This document shows positions 41,851-50,832 of a stretch of 58,065 nt of DNA, one piece after another. Location: contig JANPLU010000108.1 in assembly GCA_031422435.1 (NCBI GenBank), forward strand, positions 1-58,065. The letters are read 5' to 3'. The translations under genes were made by a program, and so were the position numbers. This DNA is from Acaryochloridaceae cyanobacterium VAR_48_metabat_390. GTDB lineage: Bacteria; Cyanobacteriota; Cyanobacteriia; Thermosynechococcales; Thermosynechococcaceae. How positions within the stretch are numbered: the first letter of the stretch is position 1; every line of letters starts with the position of its first letter. The notes under the pieces were generated by a model. It did not search any database, was not told the DNA's origin, and saw nothing but the letters and a program-made list of their open reading frames with translations.

Positions 41851-44085
41851 CTAAGACTCAGTCTCCAGAGAAAGTTGCTTAGCCTTGTCTACTTCTGCTG
41901 AAGAACGACGACGACGACGACGGCGTGGTGCGCTGCTTTCTAGTTCCTCCTGACTGGGTTCTATAGGAGCTTCAATCACCTCGTTCTGGGCGGGTTCTTC
42001 CGGTATTGGTAGATCAATAGACTGCTCTACAGACTCCACCAGACTCGTTGTTATTTCGGGTTTTGCCGCTGCTGGCGTAACTTTGAGAATAAGAGATTTT
42101 TCCTTGATCTCCTCTACAGGCAAGGGTTCAACCTCTGAGGGTAGGTCAACCTCTAACGCCACTGTCGCTGCCACTTCTTCTGGCAAGAGTGCCGTTGCGT
42201 CGCCATTGCCATTGCTTTCGCTGGTGTCGCTGCTCACATATCCAGGCGGATGAATCTCAATTACCGCAGTACGAGGACTTTTGATTTCTCCCTCAAACAA
42301 AATTAAGGGTGAAATGCCCATAAATGCAAACACATCCTGCTCTTCGGTCGTCATATTGACCGAAATAATCTCGGGTGGCTTGTCTTCCCGCATCTTGATG
42401 CTGTCCAAACGGCTGGGTTTAGCGCGTTCAGGCAATACTTTATCAGGAAGTTTCTTAACCCCTAAGCCATTAGACTCAATGACTAAAACACTAGGGCTAG
42501 GAATCACAACGCCACTAGGGCTAACGTCAACACTGGGGCTGCTGCCGCTTAATCCAATCGGCGTAGGCGCTGACTGCCGCACAACTTTGCCTGAAGGCAC
42601 GCTGGGGGGGCTGCTCTCACGGGGCAAGATTTCTCCTAATCGACGACCACGGCGGCGACGTCTAGAGCCTTTGTCTTGGTAGTTAGGGTGATTTGTTAGA
42701 TCTAATTCTTGCAAATCATCGGATGGATCTAGGGACAGCGCTGGGTTATGGGAAATCACGTCTGGTAGTCGTAACCCAGAAGGTACGACTGGCTCGTAAG
42801 GTCTAAGAACCGGAACGCGCTCTACCATCTCTCCAGGGGCATCGGGAGCTTCGCCAGGAAGGTGCGCCAAATGTCCTAAGCCGCCGCATGTGTAGCAGGG
42901 CTTACTGAACAGCTCGTAGATGTTTTGCCCCATTCGTTTACGGGTCAGCTCTACAAGCCCTAGTTCTGTTAGCTGCGCAATTTGGGGGCGTGCTTTATCA
43001 GCCTTAAGCGCCTTATTGAAATGCTCTAACACCTGAAGCTGGTCGCGGCGAGCATCCATATCAATGAAGTCGATAATGATGACGCCTGCGATGTTCCGCA
43101 AACGAAGCTGTCGTGCAATTTCTGTCGCGGCTTCGCAGTTTGTCCACAAAACGGTTTCACGAGCAGTGGCAGATCGCGTAAAAGAGCCGGAGTTTACGTC
43201 AACGACGGTCAGTGCCTCGGTGCGCTCAATGACGATATAGCCGCCAGAGGGTAAGTCAACGCGGGGCTTTAGAGCCTCTCGAATGGCTGCGTTGACGCGG
43301 AAATACTCTAAAACAGAGCTGCCTTCACGATGCTGATCGACTAAAACGCCTTGGGGTAAACGATTACCACTCCAGTTGGTGAGGTGCTGCTTTACCCGCT
43401 TAAGTCCGGTGGCAGAATCGACCACAATGCGGTTGACGTCTGTGCTGTAAACATCTCGCAACACGCGCTGAATAAAGTCGTCGTCTCGGTTGAGCAGGGC
43501 GGGGGCACGGGTAGAGCCAGCCTGGAACTGCACAGACTCCCACTGCTTTTGGAGCTGATCTAAATCTTCAATAATGGCGTCTTCGGATACGTCTTCTGCT
43601 TCGGTGCGAACCAGTAGCCCCATTCCTGCTGGCTTGATTAAAATCCCCAGCGCCCGCAGTCGGTTGCGCTCATCTTCGTCACGAATCCGGCGAGATAGGT
43701 TAACGCCTTTACCCGAGGGCATCAGGACAAGGTAGCGTCCTGGCAGTGAAATATTGCCCGTCAGACGTGGTCCTTTATTGCCCGTCGGTTCCTTCATGAT
43801 CTGAACCAGCACCTTTTGTTGAGGTGCTAGCAGTTCGGTAATGGCTCCGGCAGTCTTTTTGAGCTTGACTGGCCCAAGGTCGCTGACATGAATAAAGCCA
43901 TTGCGCTCGGTATCGCCAATGTTGACGAAAGCCGCATCGATGCCAGGAAGCACATTCTCGACAATGCCGAGATAAATATCGCTGACTTGGTGTTGCCCAG
44001 TGGCAACCACTAGCTCTTGGATCTGATCTTCTGAAAAAACGGCAGCAATTCGATGCTGTTCCGCAATAATGATTTGTTTGGACAT
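41851..44085 (-). CDS. rne: Ribonuclease E
   Basis: S1 domain (VLPGIDAAFVNIG), DVNSGS, IIIDFIDM, Zn-link CYTCGG, disordered C-terminus with an RRRRRRRSSA motif. Confidence 0.96.
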   Translation of the reverse strand: MSKQIIIAEQHRIAAVFSEDQIQELVVATGQHQVSDIYLGIVENVLPGIDAAFVNIGDTERNGFIHVSDLGPVKLKKTAGAITELLAPQQKVLVQIMKEPTGNKGPRLTGNISLPGRYLVLMPSGKGVNLSRRIRDEDERNRLRALGILIKPAGMGLLVRTEAEDVSEDAIIEDLDQLQKQWESVQFQAGSTRAPALLNRDDDFIQRVLRDVYSTDVNRIVVDSATGLKRVKQHLTNWSGNRLPQGVLVDQHREGSSVLEYFRVNAAIREALKPRVDLPSGGYIVIERTEALTVVDVNSGSFTRSATARETVLWTNCEAATEIARQLRLRNIAGVIIIDFIDMDARRDQLQVLEHFNKALKADKARPQIAQLTELGLVELTRKRMGQNIYELFSKPCYTCGGLGHLAHLPGEAPDAPGEMVERVPVLRPYEPVVPSGLRLPDVISHNPALSLDPSDDLQELDLTNHPNYQDKGSRRRRRGRRLGEILPRESSPPSVPSGKVVRQSAPTPIGLSGSSPSVDVSPSGVVIPSPSVLVIESNGLGVKKLPDKVLPERAKPSRLDSIKMREDKPPEIISVNMTTEEQDVFAFMGISPLILFEGEIKSPRTAVIEIHPPGYVSSDTSESNGNGDATALLPEEVAATVALEVDLPSEVEPLPVEEIKEKSLILKVTPAAAKPEITTSLVESVEQSIDLPIPEEPAQNEVIEAPIEPSQEELESSAPRRRRRRRSSAEVDKAKQLSLETES

Positions 44086-44563
44086 TCAAATTCCTCTATA
44101 CGGTTCAGCTCCAAACCATCAAAACGCCTCAGATTAGGGGTTTGAGCTGTAAAACACGCTGTATTGAGTTGGGGATAAAATCGCAGGGTCTGCTTGCCAA
44201 TTAAACCAAAGCTAGCGTCTCGACCGAGACACTCAAAGCAAGGATGGCTATCAGCAGCTTGCTGATGAGAAGCAAAAAGTGATGAGAACCTTTTAGGTAA
44301 AAAAGGCTGACAGACCGTTGAGGCATTTGGAAAAGCACACTTTACAGCTTAAAAGCTACCGCCTACTATCTCAGTCAGCCGCTTTGCGAGGGTGAGGGTT
44401 AGTAAAGCAAGTGCGATAAATCTGTGGTGGCTTGTGAAGCAGCAGACCTCACAAACACAGTTGCCTGCTGCCAATATTAAATGGGTTAAATGATAGCGTG
44501 GGGTTCAAAATCTAAGATCCCCTACCGCGATGTTAAACCAAAGGGCTTCGTTTCGTCAAAAAA

Positions 44564-45337
44564 TTAGTGAGCCACAAGGCTGAAACAGCAAATTATTAGC
44601 GCTTCTGTCCATTCTACAACTGCGCCGTAGCTGTCACCCGTCATGCCCCGCAGCCGCTGATAAAACCAAGCCCCCACGCCCCAAGAGATGAAAAGACCCA
44701 AGGCAAAGGTGCCGAGATGGCTTAGCCATTGGTGCGGCTCAACTGCAATGGAAATAAGGCTGATGCCTGCTAACAGCAGGAGGCTAGGCCATAAATCTTG
44801 AGGGATCTGAAGGCTGCGGCGATGGAATGCGCCTTTGCCTTCGGCTTTGAGGTAGGGGTAGAGGGCGATCGCCACCAATTGCCCCCATCTTCCCCACACA
44901 GGGGCAAGACACAGCAAAATGCAGGCGTGGGGTGAAGTGAATTCGGCGATCGCCCCCACTTTGAGCAGCAGCAGCACCGCTGCCGCCATCACGCCATAGG
45001 CTCCAGTGCGGCTGTCGCTCATCACCACAAGGCGACGGTCTGGGTCTGGGACGGCAAGGCCATCGGCGGTATCCATTACGCCATCGAGGTGCAGCCCTCC
45101 GGTAATGGCAATCCATGCCGCCAGCACTAACACACCGCGCAGAAAGCCCGAAAGGGGGAGCTGGATTAGCAAAAGATTGAGTGCTGCCAGCACAAACCCA
45201 ATTAGCAAGCCGATCCAGGGTGCCCAACGCGCAATGCGCTGAAAGTCTAAAGGCCAATCCGACGGCAGCGGAATAATGGTGTAAAACACCAGTGCGCCCC
45301 CCATCTGACGGAGGCTGTGGAGCATTGCCTTAAACAC
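44564..45337 (-). CDS. cobS: Cobalamin synthase (adenosylcobinamide-GDP ribazoletransferase)
   Basis: TGGLHLDGVMDTADGL, MSDSRTGAYGV, GMTGDSYGA. Confidence 0.93.
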   Translation of the reverse strand: MFKAMLHSLRQMGGALVFYTIIPLPSDWPLDFQRIARWAPWIGLLIGFVLAALNLLLIQLPLSGFLRGVLVLAAWIAITGGLHLDGVMDTADGLAVPDPDRRLVVMSDSRTGAYGVMAAAVLLLLKVGAIAEFTSPHACILLCLAPVWGRWGQLVAIALYPYLKAEGKGAFHRRSLQIPQDLWPSLLLLAGISLISIAVEPHQWLSHLGTFALGLFISWGVGAWFYQRLRGMTGDSYGAVVEWTEALIICCFSLVAH

Positions 45338-45410
45338 AAAAAACCTAGCCCTAGCTTGAATTTAACCTGAGAGCCGTTAAGATGATGCCAGTTTGTGGCA
45401 GTGAAGCACC

Positions 45411-46526
45411 ATGAAACGACGAAATTTTTTACTTTTTGCGGGGCTGCTCTCTGGATGTGGGGCTGCTGCACAGTTTAGAGTGCACAAACAGTCTGCAACC
45501 CTGCCCACTGAACTATCTCGGTCTTTGCGTAAGCAGCAGCCCATTGGCCCCAAGGGTTTCTATGCCCCTGTGCGCGGCGATGTGCGGGTTGTGGTCATTA
45601 GCGATCTGAATAGTCAGTATGGCTCTACAGAGTATGAGCCAGAAGTACATCAGGCGATCGCACTTCTCCCCAAGTGGCAACCAGACCTGGTGCTGTGCAG
45701 TGGCGATATGGTGGCGGCTCAGTCTACTCAGCTCACAGATAATGAGGTGAAGGCCATGTGGGCAGGGTTTGACCGCGCCATTGGCGCACCCCTCCGCAAA
45801 GCAAACTTACCCTTAGGTTTTACCCTGGGCAATCACGATGGATCGGGGGCTACGGGGGCAGGTGGGCAGATGACGTTTGAGCGCGATCGCCGTTTAGCGC
45901 AAACCTACTGGACGAAACACACGCCTGCGCTTCCGTTTATAGACCGTGAGCATTTCCCCTTTTATTACTCTTTTGCCCAAAACAACGTGTTCTATCTGGT
46001 TTGGGATGCCTCAACTGCAATCATTTCTGCTGCGCAGTTGGCCTGGGCAGAAAAAAGCTTGAGCAGCAGTGCTGCCCAGCAGGCCAAGATGCGGATTGCA
46101 ATAGGCCATCTACCACTGTATGGGATATCGGTAGGGCGCGAAAAGCCAGGGGAGTTTTTAAACCAGGCCGAAAATCTGCGGGCTTTGTTAGAAAAATATC
46201 GGGTGCATACCTACATCAGCGGTCACGACCATGCGTACTTTCCAGGTCATCGTGGCAAGCTTCAGCTTCTGCAAACGGGTGCATTAGGCGCAGGGCCGCG
46301 CCGATGGCTAAACAGCAATCTTTCCCCGCGAAAAACCTTGACCGTTGTAGATATGGGGCTAACAGATGTCTCTACTCGATACACCACCTATGATTTAACG
46401 AATAAGACTGTGTTGGACTCTAAAATTTTGCCCCGCATGATTACGGCTCACAATGGGCCAGTGCTTCGGCGAGATATAGAACCTAGCAAGCTTACTGCAA
46501 AAGAAAAAATGCAGTTCTGGACTTGA
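45411..46526 (+). CDS. Calcineurin-like metallophosphoesterase, predicted Tat-exported lipoprotein
   Basis: MKRRNFLL twin-arginine signal and LSGC lipobox; ISDLN, SGDMV, GNHD, GHLP, SGHDH. Confidence 0.85.
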   Translation: MKRRNFLLFAGLLSGCGAAAQFRVHKQSATLPTELSRSLRKQQPIGPKGFYAPVRGDVRVVVISDLNSQYGSTEYEPEVHQAIALLPKWQPDLVLCSGDMVAAQSTQLTDNEVKAMWAGFDRAIGAPLRKANLPLGFTLGNHDGSGATGAGGQMTFERDRRLAQTYWTKHTPALPFIDREHFPFYYSFAQNNVFYLVWDASTAIISAAQLAWAEKSLSSSAAQQAKMRIAIGHLPLYGISVGREKPGEFLNQAENLRALLEKYRVHTYISGHDHAYFPGHRGKLQLLQTGALGAGPRRWLNSNLSPRKTLTVVDMGLTDVSTRYTTYDLTNKTVLDSKILPRMITAHNGPVLRRDIEPSKLTAKEKMQFWT

Positions 46527-46607
46527 TTTATATGCTTCCGAGGCAGATAAAACAAATCTCCCCTGTATCATTGGTAAAGATGGGGAGAACAACGTTTTAA
46601 TTGCGAT

Positions 46608-48221
46608 ATGTCAATTTCTGATTCAAAAAAGCCAGCTCAGTTTTCACTCACAACGCCGCTCTATTACGTCAACGGCTTACCCCATGTTGGCAGTGCATAC
46701 ACCACAATGGCAGCCGACGCCCTCGCCCGCTTTTATAAACTGCGTGGCTATGACGTGCTTTTAATCACGGGCACCGATGAGCATGGTCAAAAAATTCAGC
46801 GCACCGCAGAACAGCTCCATCGCGATCCTCAAGCCCATTGTGATGAAGTAGCAGCAGGCTTTCAAGATCTGTGGCAACGTCTCAATATCCAATACGATCG
46901 CTTTAGCCGTACAACCTGCGATCGCCATGCCCAAATCGTCAAAGAATTTTTCCTGCCCGTGTGGGAAAAAGGCGACATCTACCTAGGGCAGCAGCAGGGA
47001 TGGTACTGCGTTGAGTGCGAAGAATTTAAAGAAGAGCGGGATTTACTAGGCGAGAAACGCTGCCCCATTCATACCAACCGAGCCGTCGAGTGGCGAGACG
47101 AACAAAACTACTTCTTTCGGCTGTCGCGGTACCAACAGGCGCTGCAAGATCACTACGCCAACAGCCCCCATTTCCTCCAGCCCGATATTCGCCGTAACGA
47201 AATTCTCAATTTTGTGAGCCAAGGGCTGCAAGATTTTTCCATCTCTCGGGTGAACTTAGATTGGGGCATCCCCGTCCCTAACGACTCCAAACATACCCTG
47301 TATGTGTGGTTTGACGCACTGCTGGGATACATCACCGCGCTCCTAGAGCCAGACGCTGAACCGACCTTAGAAAACGCGCTTAAAAACTGGTGGCCTATTA
47401 ACCTACACCTCATCGGCAAAGACATTCTGCGCTTCCACGGCGTGTACTGGCCTGCCATGCTGATGTCTGCGGAGCTGCCGCTGCCCAAGGCTATTTTTGG
47501 TCACGGGTTTTTAACCAAAGACGGGCAAAAAATGGGCAAAAGTCAGGGCAATACCCTAGACCCCTTTGACCTTGTTGATCGCTACGGTGCGGATGCCGTG
47601 CGCTACTACTTCCTCAAAGAAATTGCCTTCGGTCGAGATGGAGACTTTAACGAGACTCGGTTTATCGACATTCTCAATGCAGATTTAGCCAATGACCTAG
47701 GCAACCTGCTTAACCGCACCCTAAAAATGGCAGTGAAATACTGCGATAGCAAAGTACCCGCCATTGACCCTCAATCAATGCCCCAAGACTGGTCTTTGGT
47801 GCAGTTGGCTCAGAGTGCTGGGGGAAAAGCCTCCGAAGCCTATAGTGCCCTTAGCTTTAGCATTGCCTGCGAGGTCGCCTTGAGCCTAGTGAGAGTAGGC
47901 AACAAGTTTATTGACGAACAGGCACCTTGGAGCCGCTACAAAGCAGGAGAGATTGAAACAGTCAATCAAATTCTGTATGCCGTTTTAGAGAGCGTGCGTC
48001 TGGCAGCGTACCTGCTCGCCCCCATCGTGCCCGATTTAAGCACTAAGATTTACCAACAGCTTGGCTACAGCATTGACTTCAATGATTTAGGGGAATCTAC
48101 ATCACTGAAGTTATTGCAGGAACACGATCTCTGGGGCTGCTTACCCCCTGGACAAACCTTTGGACAGCCAGAACCTATTTTTCAAAAGCTGATGGCTCCA
48201 AGTCTAGATTTAGAACCGTAA
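46608..48221 (+). CDS. metG: Methionyl-tRNA synthetase
   Basis: YYVNGLPHVGSAYT, TGTDEHGQKI, YVWFDAL, GKDILRFH, KMGKS. Confidence 0.97.
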   Translation: MSISDSKKPAQFSLTTPLYYVNGLPHVGSAYTTMAADALARFYKLRGYDVLLITGTDEHGQKIQRTAEQLHRDPQAHCDEVAAGFQDLWQRLNIQYDRFSRTTCDRHAQIVKEFFLPVWEKGDIYLGQQQGWYCVECEEFKEERDLLGEKRCPIHTNRAVEWRDEQNYFFRLSRYQQALQDHYANSPHFLQPDIRRNEILNFVSQGLQDFSISRVNLDWGIPVPNDSKHTLYVWFDALLGYITALLEPDAEPTLENALKNWWPINLHLIGKDILRFHGVYWPAMLMSAELPLPKAIFGHGFLTKDGQKMGKSQGNTLDPFDLVDRYGADAVRYYFLKEIAFGRDGDFNETRFIDILNADLANDLGNLLNRTLKMAVKYCDSKVPAIDPQSMPQDWSLVQLAQSAGGKASEAYSALSFSIACEVALSLVRVGNKFIDEQAPWSRYKAGEIETVNQILYAVLESVRLAAYLLAPIVPDLSTKIYQQLGYSIDFNDLGESTSLKLLQEHDLWGCLPPGQTFGQPEPIFQKLMAPSLDLEP

Positions 48222-48491
48222 ATTGGCTAAACAGCCTGAATTTGTGAGTTTTTACAACAAACTTGTTAAGTTGTCATCGTTTCATTGACTTGGCGTCGTA
48301 AACCTGAGACAAATAAAAAGAGTATAATTACTTACTGGATACGTCGCAAGACGTTTTGCCTAGAGATTCGCTTATATTCTTGTGCTTCTAAAAGAAATAG
48401 GCTGACTTTCCGGTTTACTTAAAAACTTTTTGCAAATATTTTTGATTGCTTTCACCTTTAATACGATTTTTAACCCAGGTTTAATATCCTA

Positions 48492-49124
48492 ATGATTCAA
48501 AATGCATCGGGACAAGACTCTATTTTTACGCCGGAGCAGGTTTTAGAAAATCGCGGTCGTATCGCAATTTTTGTGGATGGCTCCAATCTATTTTATGCAG
48601 CGCTCCAACTTGGAGTTGAGATTGACTATGCTAAGCTGCTGTGCCGTCTGACGGGTGGGTCTCGCCTCCTCAGGTCTTTTTTCTACACTGGGGTTGACCC
48701 CACCAATGAGAAACAGCAGGGTTTTTTGCTGTGGATGCGTCGCAATGGCTACAGGGTGATCACAAAAGAGCTAATTCAGCTTCCAGACGGGTCAAAAAAG
48801 GCCAATCTAGATGTTGAAATTGCAGTAGACATGATGGCGTTGGTGGGATGCTACGATACGGCAATTTTGGTGAGTGGTGACGGTGATTTAGCCTATGCCG
48901 TTGATGCGGTGAGCTATCGAGGCATTCGGGTGGAAGTGGTGAGTTTGCGCTCTATGACTAGCGACAGTCTCATTAACGTGGCGGATCGCTACATTGACTT
49001 AGACAACATCAAAGAGGATATTCAAAAAGCGCCGCGAGTAGGATATGCCTATCGTCCGCTTTCGGGAGTGAGTGCGGGTGCAGATAGTCTTGATCGTCCG
49101 GCAGTGCCTGTATTTAATGACTAA
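48492..49124 (+). CDS. NYN-domain (LabA/DUF88, PIN-like) protein
   Basis: IFVDGSNLFY, KANLDVEIAVDM, LVSGDGDL, ADRYIDL. Confidence 0.92.
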   Translation: MIQNASGQDSIFTPEQVLENRGRIAIFVDGSNLFYAALQLGVEIDYAKLLCRLTGGSRLLRSFFYTGVDPTNEKQQGFLLWMRRNGYRVITKELIQLPDGSKKANLDVEIAVDMMALVGCYDTAILVSGDGDLAYAVDAVSYRGIRVEVVSLRSMTSDSLINVADRYIDLDNIKEDIQKAPRVGYAYRPLSGVSAGADSLDRPAVPVFND

Positions 49125-50283
49125 TAAACTGCGCAATCGCTGGATACGATTTGGCTCCTACGGTATTCTGAGCTTTTTCTGTCTTCACTTGAGCGCTTGT
49201 TCTTGGCGAGCGCCTCAAGCGTCCAAGGTACTGACAAAGCCAGTGCAGGGAGGCGTGTCTTTTTCTGATGTGGTTCTTGCCCAAACGGATGTAAAAGGTA
49301 AGCTGCTGTGGAAGTTTCAGGCGAAAGGCGTTACGTCTAAAGAAGGGCAGGCCGCAGCGGCGCAGTCTATTAAAGGGCAGCTTTATGAAGCGGGGCAGCC
49401 TGTGTTTGATATTGTGGCAGGGCAAGGCTCTATTCGCCAAACCAATCAGCAGGTGAATCTTCAGGGCAATATTCAGGTAACAGATCGGCAGAATCGGGTG
49501 GTGTTTCGCGGGCGAGAGGCGCAGTGGAATCCACAGACTGGGCGGCTCGTGGTGCGCAGTGGGCTGACGGTAACACATCCCCAACTCCGGCTATGGGCGA
49601 ATGAGCTACAGGCTTCTAAGCAGGGCAAAGTGATTTTGGTGAAGGGCAGTGTGGTGATGGAAACCCGTGCCAGTGGGGATCAAAAAGACGCCCAACGTTT
49701 ACGACTGAAGGCAAATCATGCGGTCTGGAACGTTGAGCAGCAAAGTCTCCAGGCTGGCACGGCATTGGAGAGTGGGCAACAGCCTACCGTTGAAATTGAG
49801 CAGTTAAACCCGACTGCGGAAAAAGCGGTGGCTTTAGCAGGGGAGGCAAAGGCTGACCTCAAGCGCGGTGTGGTAGAACTCCGTAGCCCTGTGCGGCTAA
49901 CGCTGGGAGCTTTGATGCTGACCAGTCGTGAGCTAAAGTGGGACACGTTGACAGGACGGATCTCAACCCGTGAGCTTTTGCAATTACAGGATCCGCGCCG
50001 TCAGGTAACGGTTTTAGCTAATGCTGGATCTGTGGAGCAGTCTCGAAATTTAGTGGATTTACAGGGCAAGGTGGAGATAACGGGGCTTAAAGATCGCGCT
50101 CGGTTGACAAGCGATCAGCTACTTTGGAATACCAAGACGGAGCGGATCGAGGCGTTAGGCAATGTGAACTATGTGCAGGAGTCTCCTGGGTTTACGCTCC
50201 GTGGGCCAAGAGCAGTGGGCAAACTTGAAGCGCAAACCCTCCGCATCAGCGGCGGGGATGTGGTGACGGAGATTTTGCCTTAA
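49117..50283 (+). CDS. lptC: LPS export periplasmic protein, LptC-like repeats
   Basis: N-terminal hydrophobic anchor, GKLLWKFQAK, repeated beta-jellyroll-like segments; metG-NYN-lptC synteny; ATG at 49117. Confidence 0.75.
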   Translation: MTNKLRNRWIRFGSYGILSFFCLHLSACSWRAPQASKVLTKPVQGGVSFSDVVLAQTDVKGKLLWKFQAKGVTSKEGQAAAAQSIKGQLYEAGQPVFDIVAGQGSIRQTNQQVNLQGNIQVTDRQNRVVFRGREAQWNPQTGRLVVRSGLTVTHPQLRLWANELQASKQGKVILVKGSVVMETRASGDQKDAQRLRLKANHAVWNVEQQSLQAGTALESGQQPTVEIEQLNPTAEKAVALAGEAKADLKRGVVELRSPVRLTLGALMLTSRELKWDTLTGRISTRELLQLQDPRRQVTVLANAGSVEQSRNLVDLQGKVEITGLKDRARLTSDQLLWNTKTERIEALGNVNYVQESPGFTLRGPRAVGKLEAQTLRISGGDVVTEILP

Positions 50284-50325
50284 AATTCAGTCTACCGATT
50301 GCTTGGCTTGCGCTCTAAAATTTTT

Positions 50326-50772
50326 ATGACTCAGCCCCCGCTCAAACACGTTGCGATCGCCATCCTAAAATCCTCTCCCAATCAATACCTCATGCAGCTA
50401 CGCGACCCCATCCCTGACATTGTGCATCCAGGGCACTGGGGCATGTTTGGTGGGCACCTAGACCCAGGCGAGACTCCAGAAGAATGCATCTGGCGAGAGT
50501 TAGCTGAAGAGATTTGCTATACCCCTCCAGCCTTATCTCTATTCTGTGAAGATCATGACATGACCGTAGTTCGTCATGTTTTCTATGGTGCATTGACCGT
50601 TCCCGTTAGCGCACTCACGCTTCAAGAAGGTTGGGATTTAGGGCTGCTGACGCTAGCGCAAATTCAGACGGGAGAGGCGTATTCTGCGATCGCCCAGCGC
50701 AATTGCCCCATTGGTGCCCCCCATCAAAGGCTGCTGCTCGAATTTCTTCGCCGATGCCCTGAAATGATTTAA
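50326..50772 (+). CDS. NUDIX hydrolase
   Basis: Nudix box GGHLDPGETPEECIWRELAEE; ATG at 50326. Confidence 0.9.
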   Translation: MTQPPLKHVAIAILKSSPNQYLMQLRDPIPDIVHPGHWGMFGGHLDPGETPEECIWRELAEEICYTPPALSLFCEDHDMTVVRHVFYGALTVPVSALTLQEGWDLGLLTLAQIQTGEAYSAIAQRNCPIGAPHQRLLLEFLRRCPEMI

Positions 50773-50832
50773 CGAAAACTCAAGAGAATGCTGAAAAAAC
50801 TTGCAGTAAAATCTGAAGGCATCCTGGTCTAA

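Noticed and set aside
41905..41925. (ACG)n microsatellite
   Set aside because: Simply encodes the conserved poly-Arg motif of RNase E
45338..45410. Cobalamin riboswitch upstream of cobS
   Set aside because: Gap is too short and no B12 box is seen
48492..49124. NYN/PIN nuclease as a toxin or defence system
   Set aside because: metG-NYN-lptC is ordinary cyanobacterial synteny, and no antitoxin or defence partners are present
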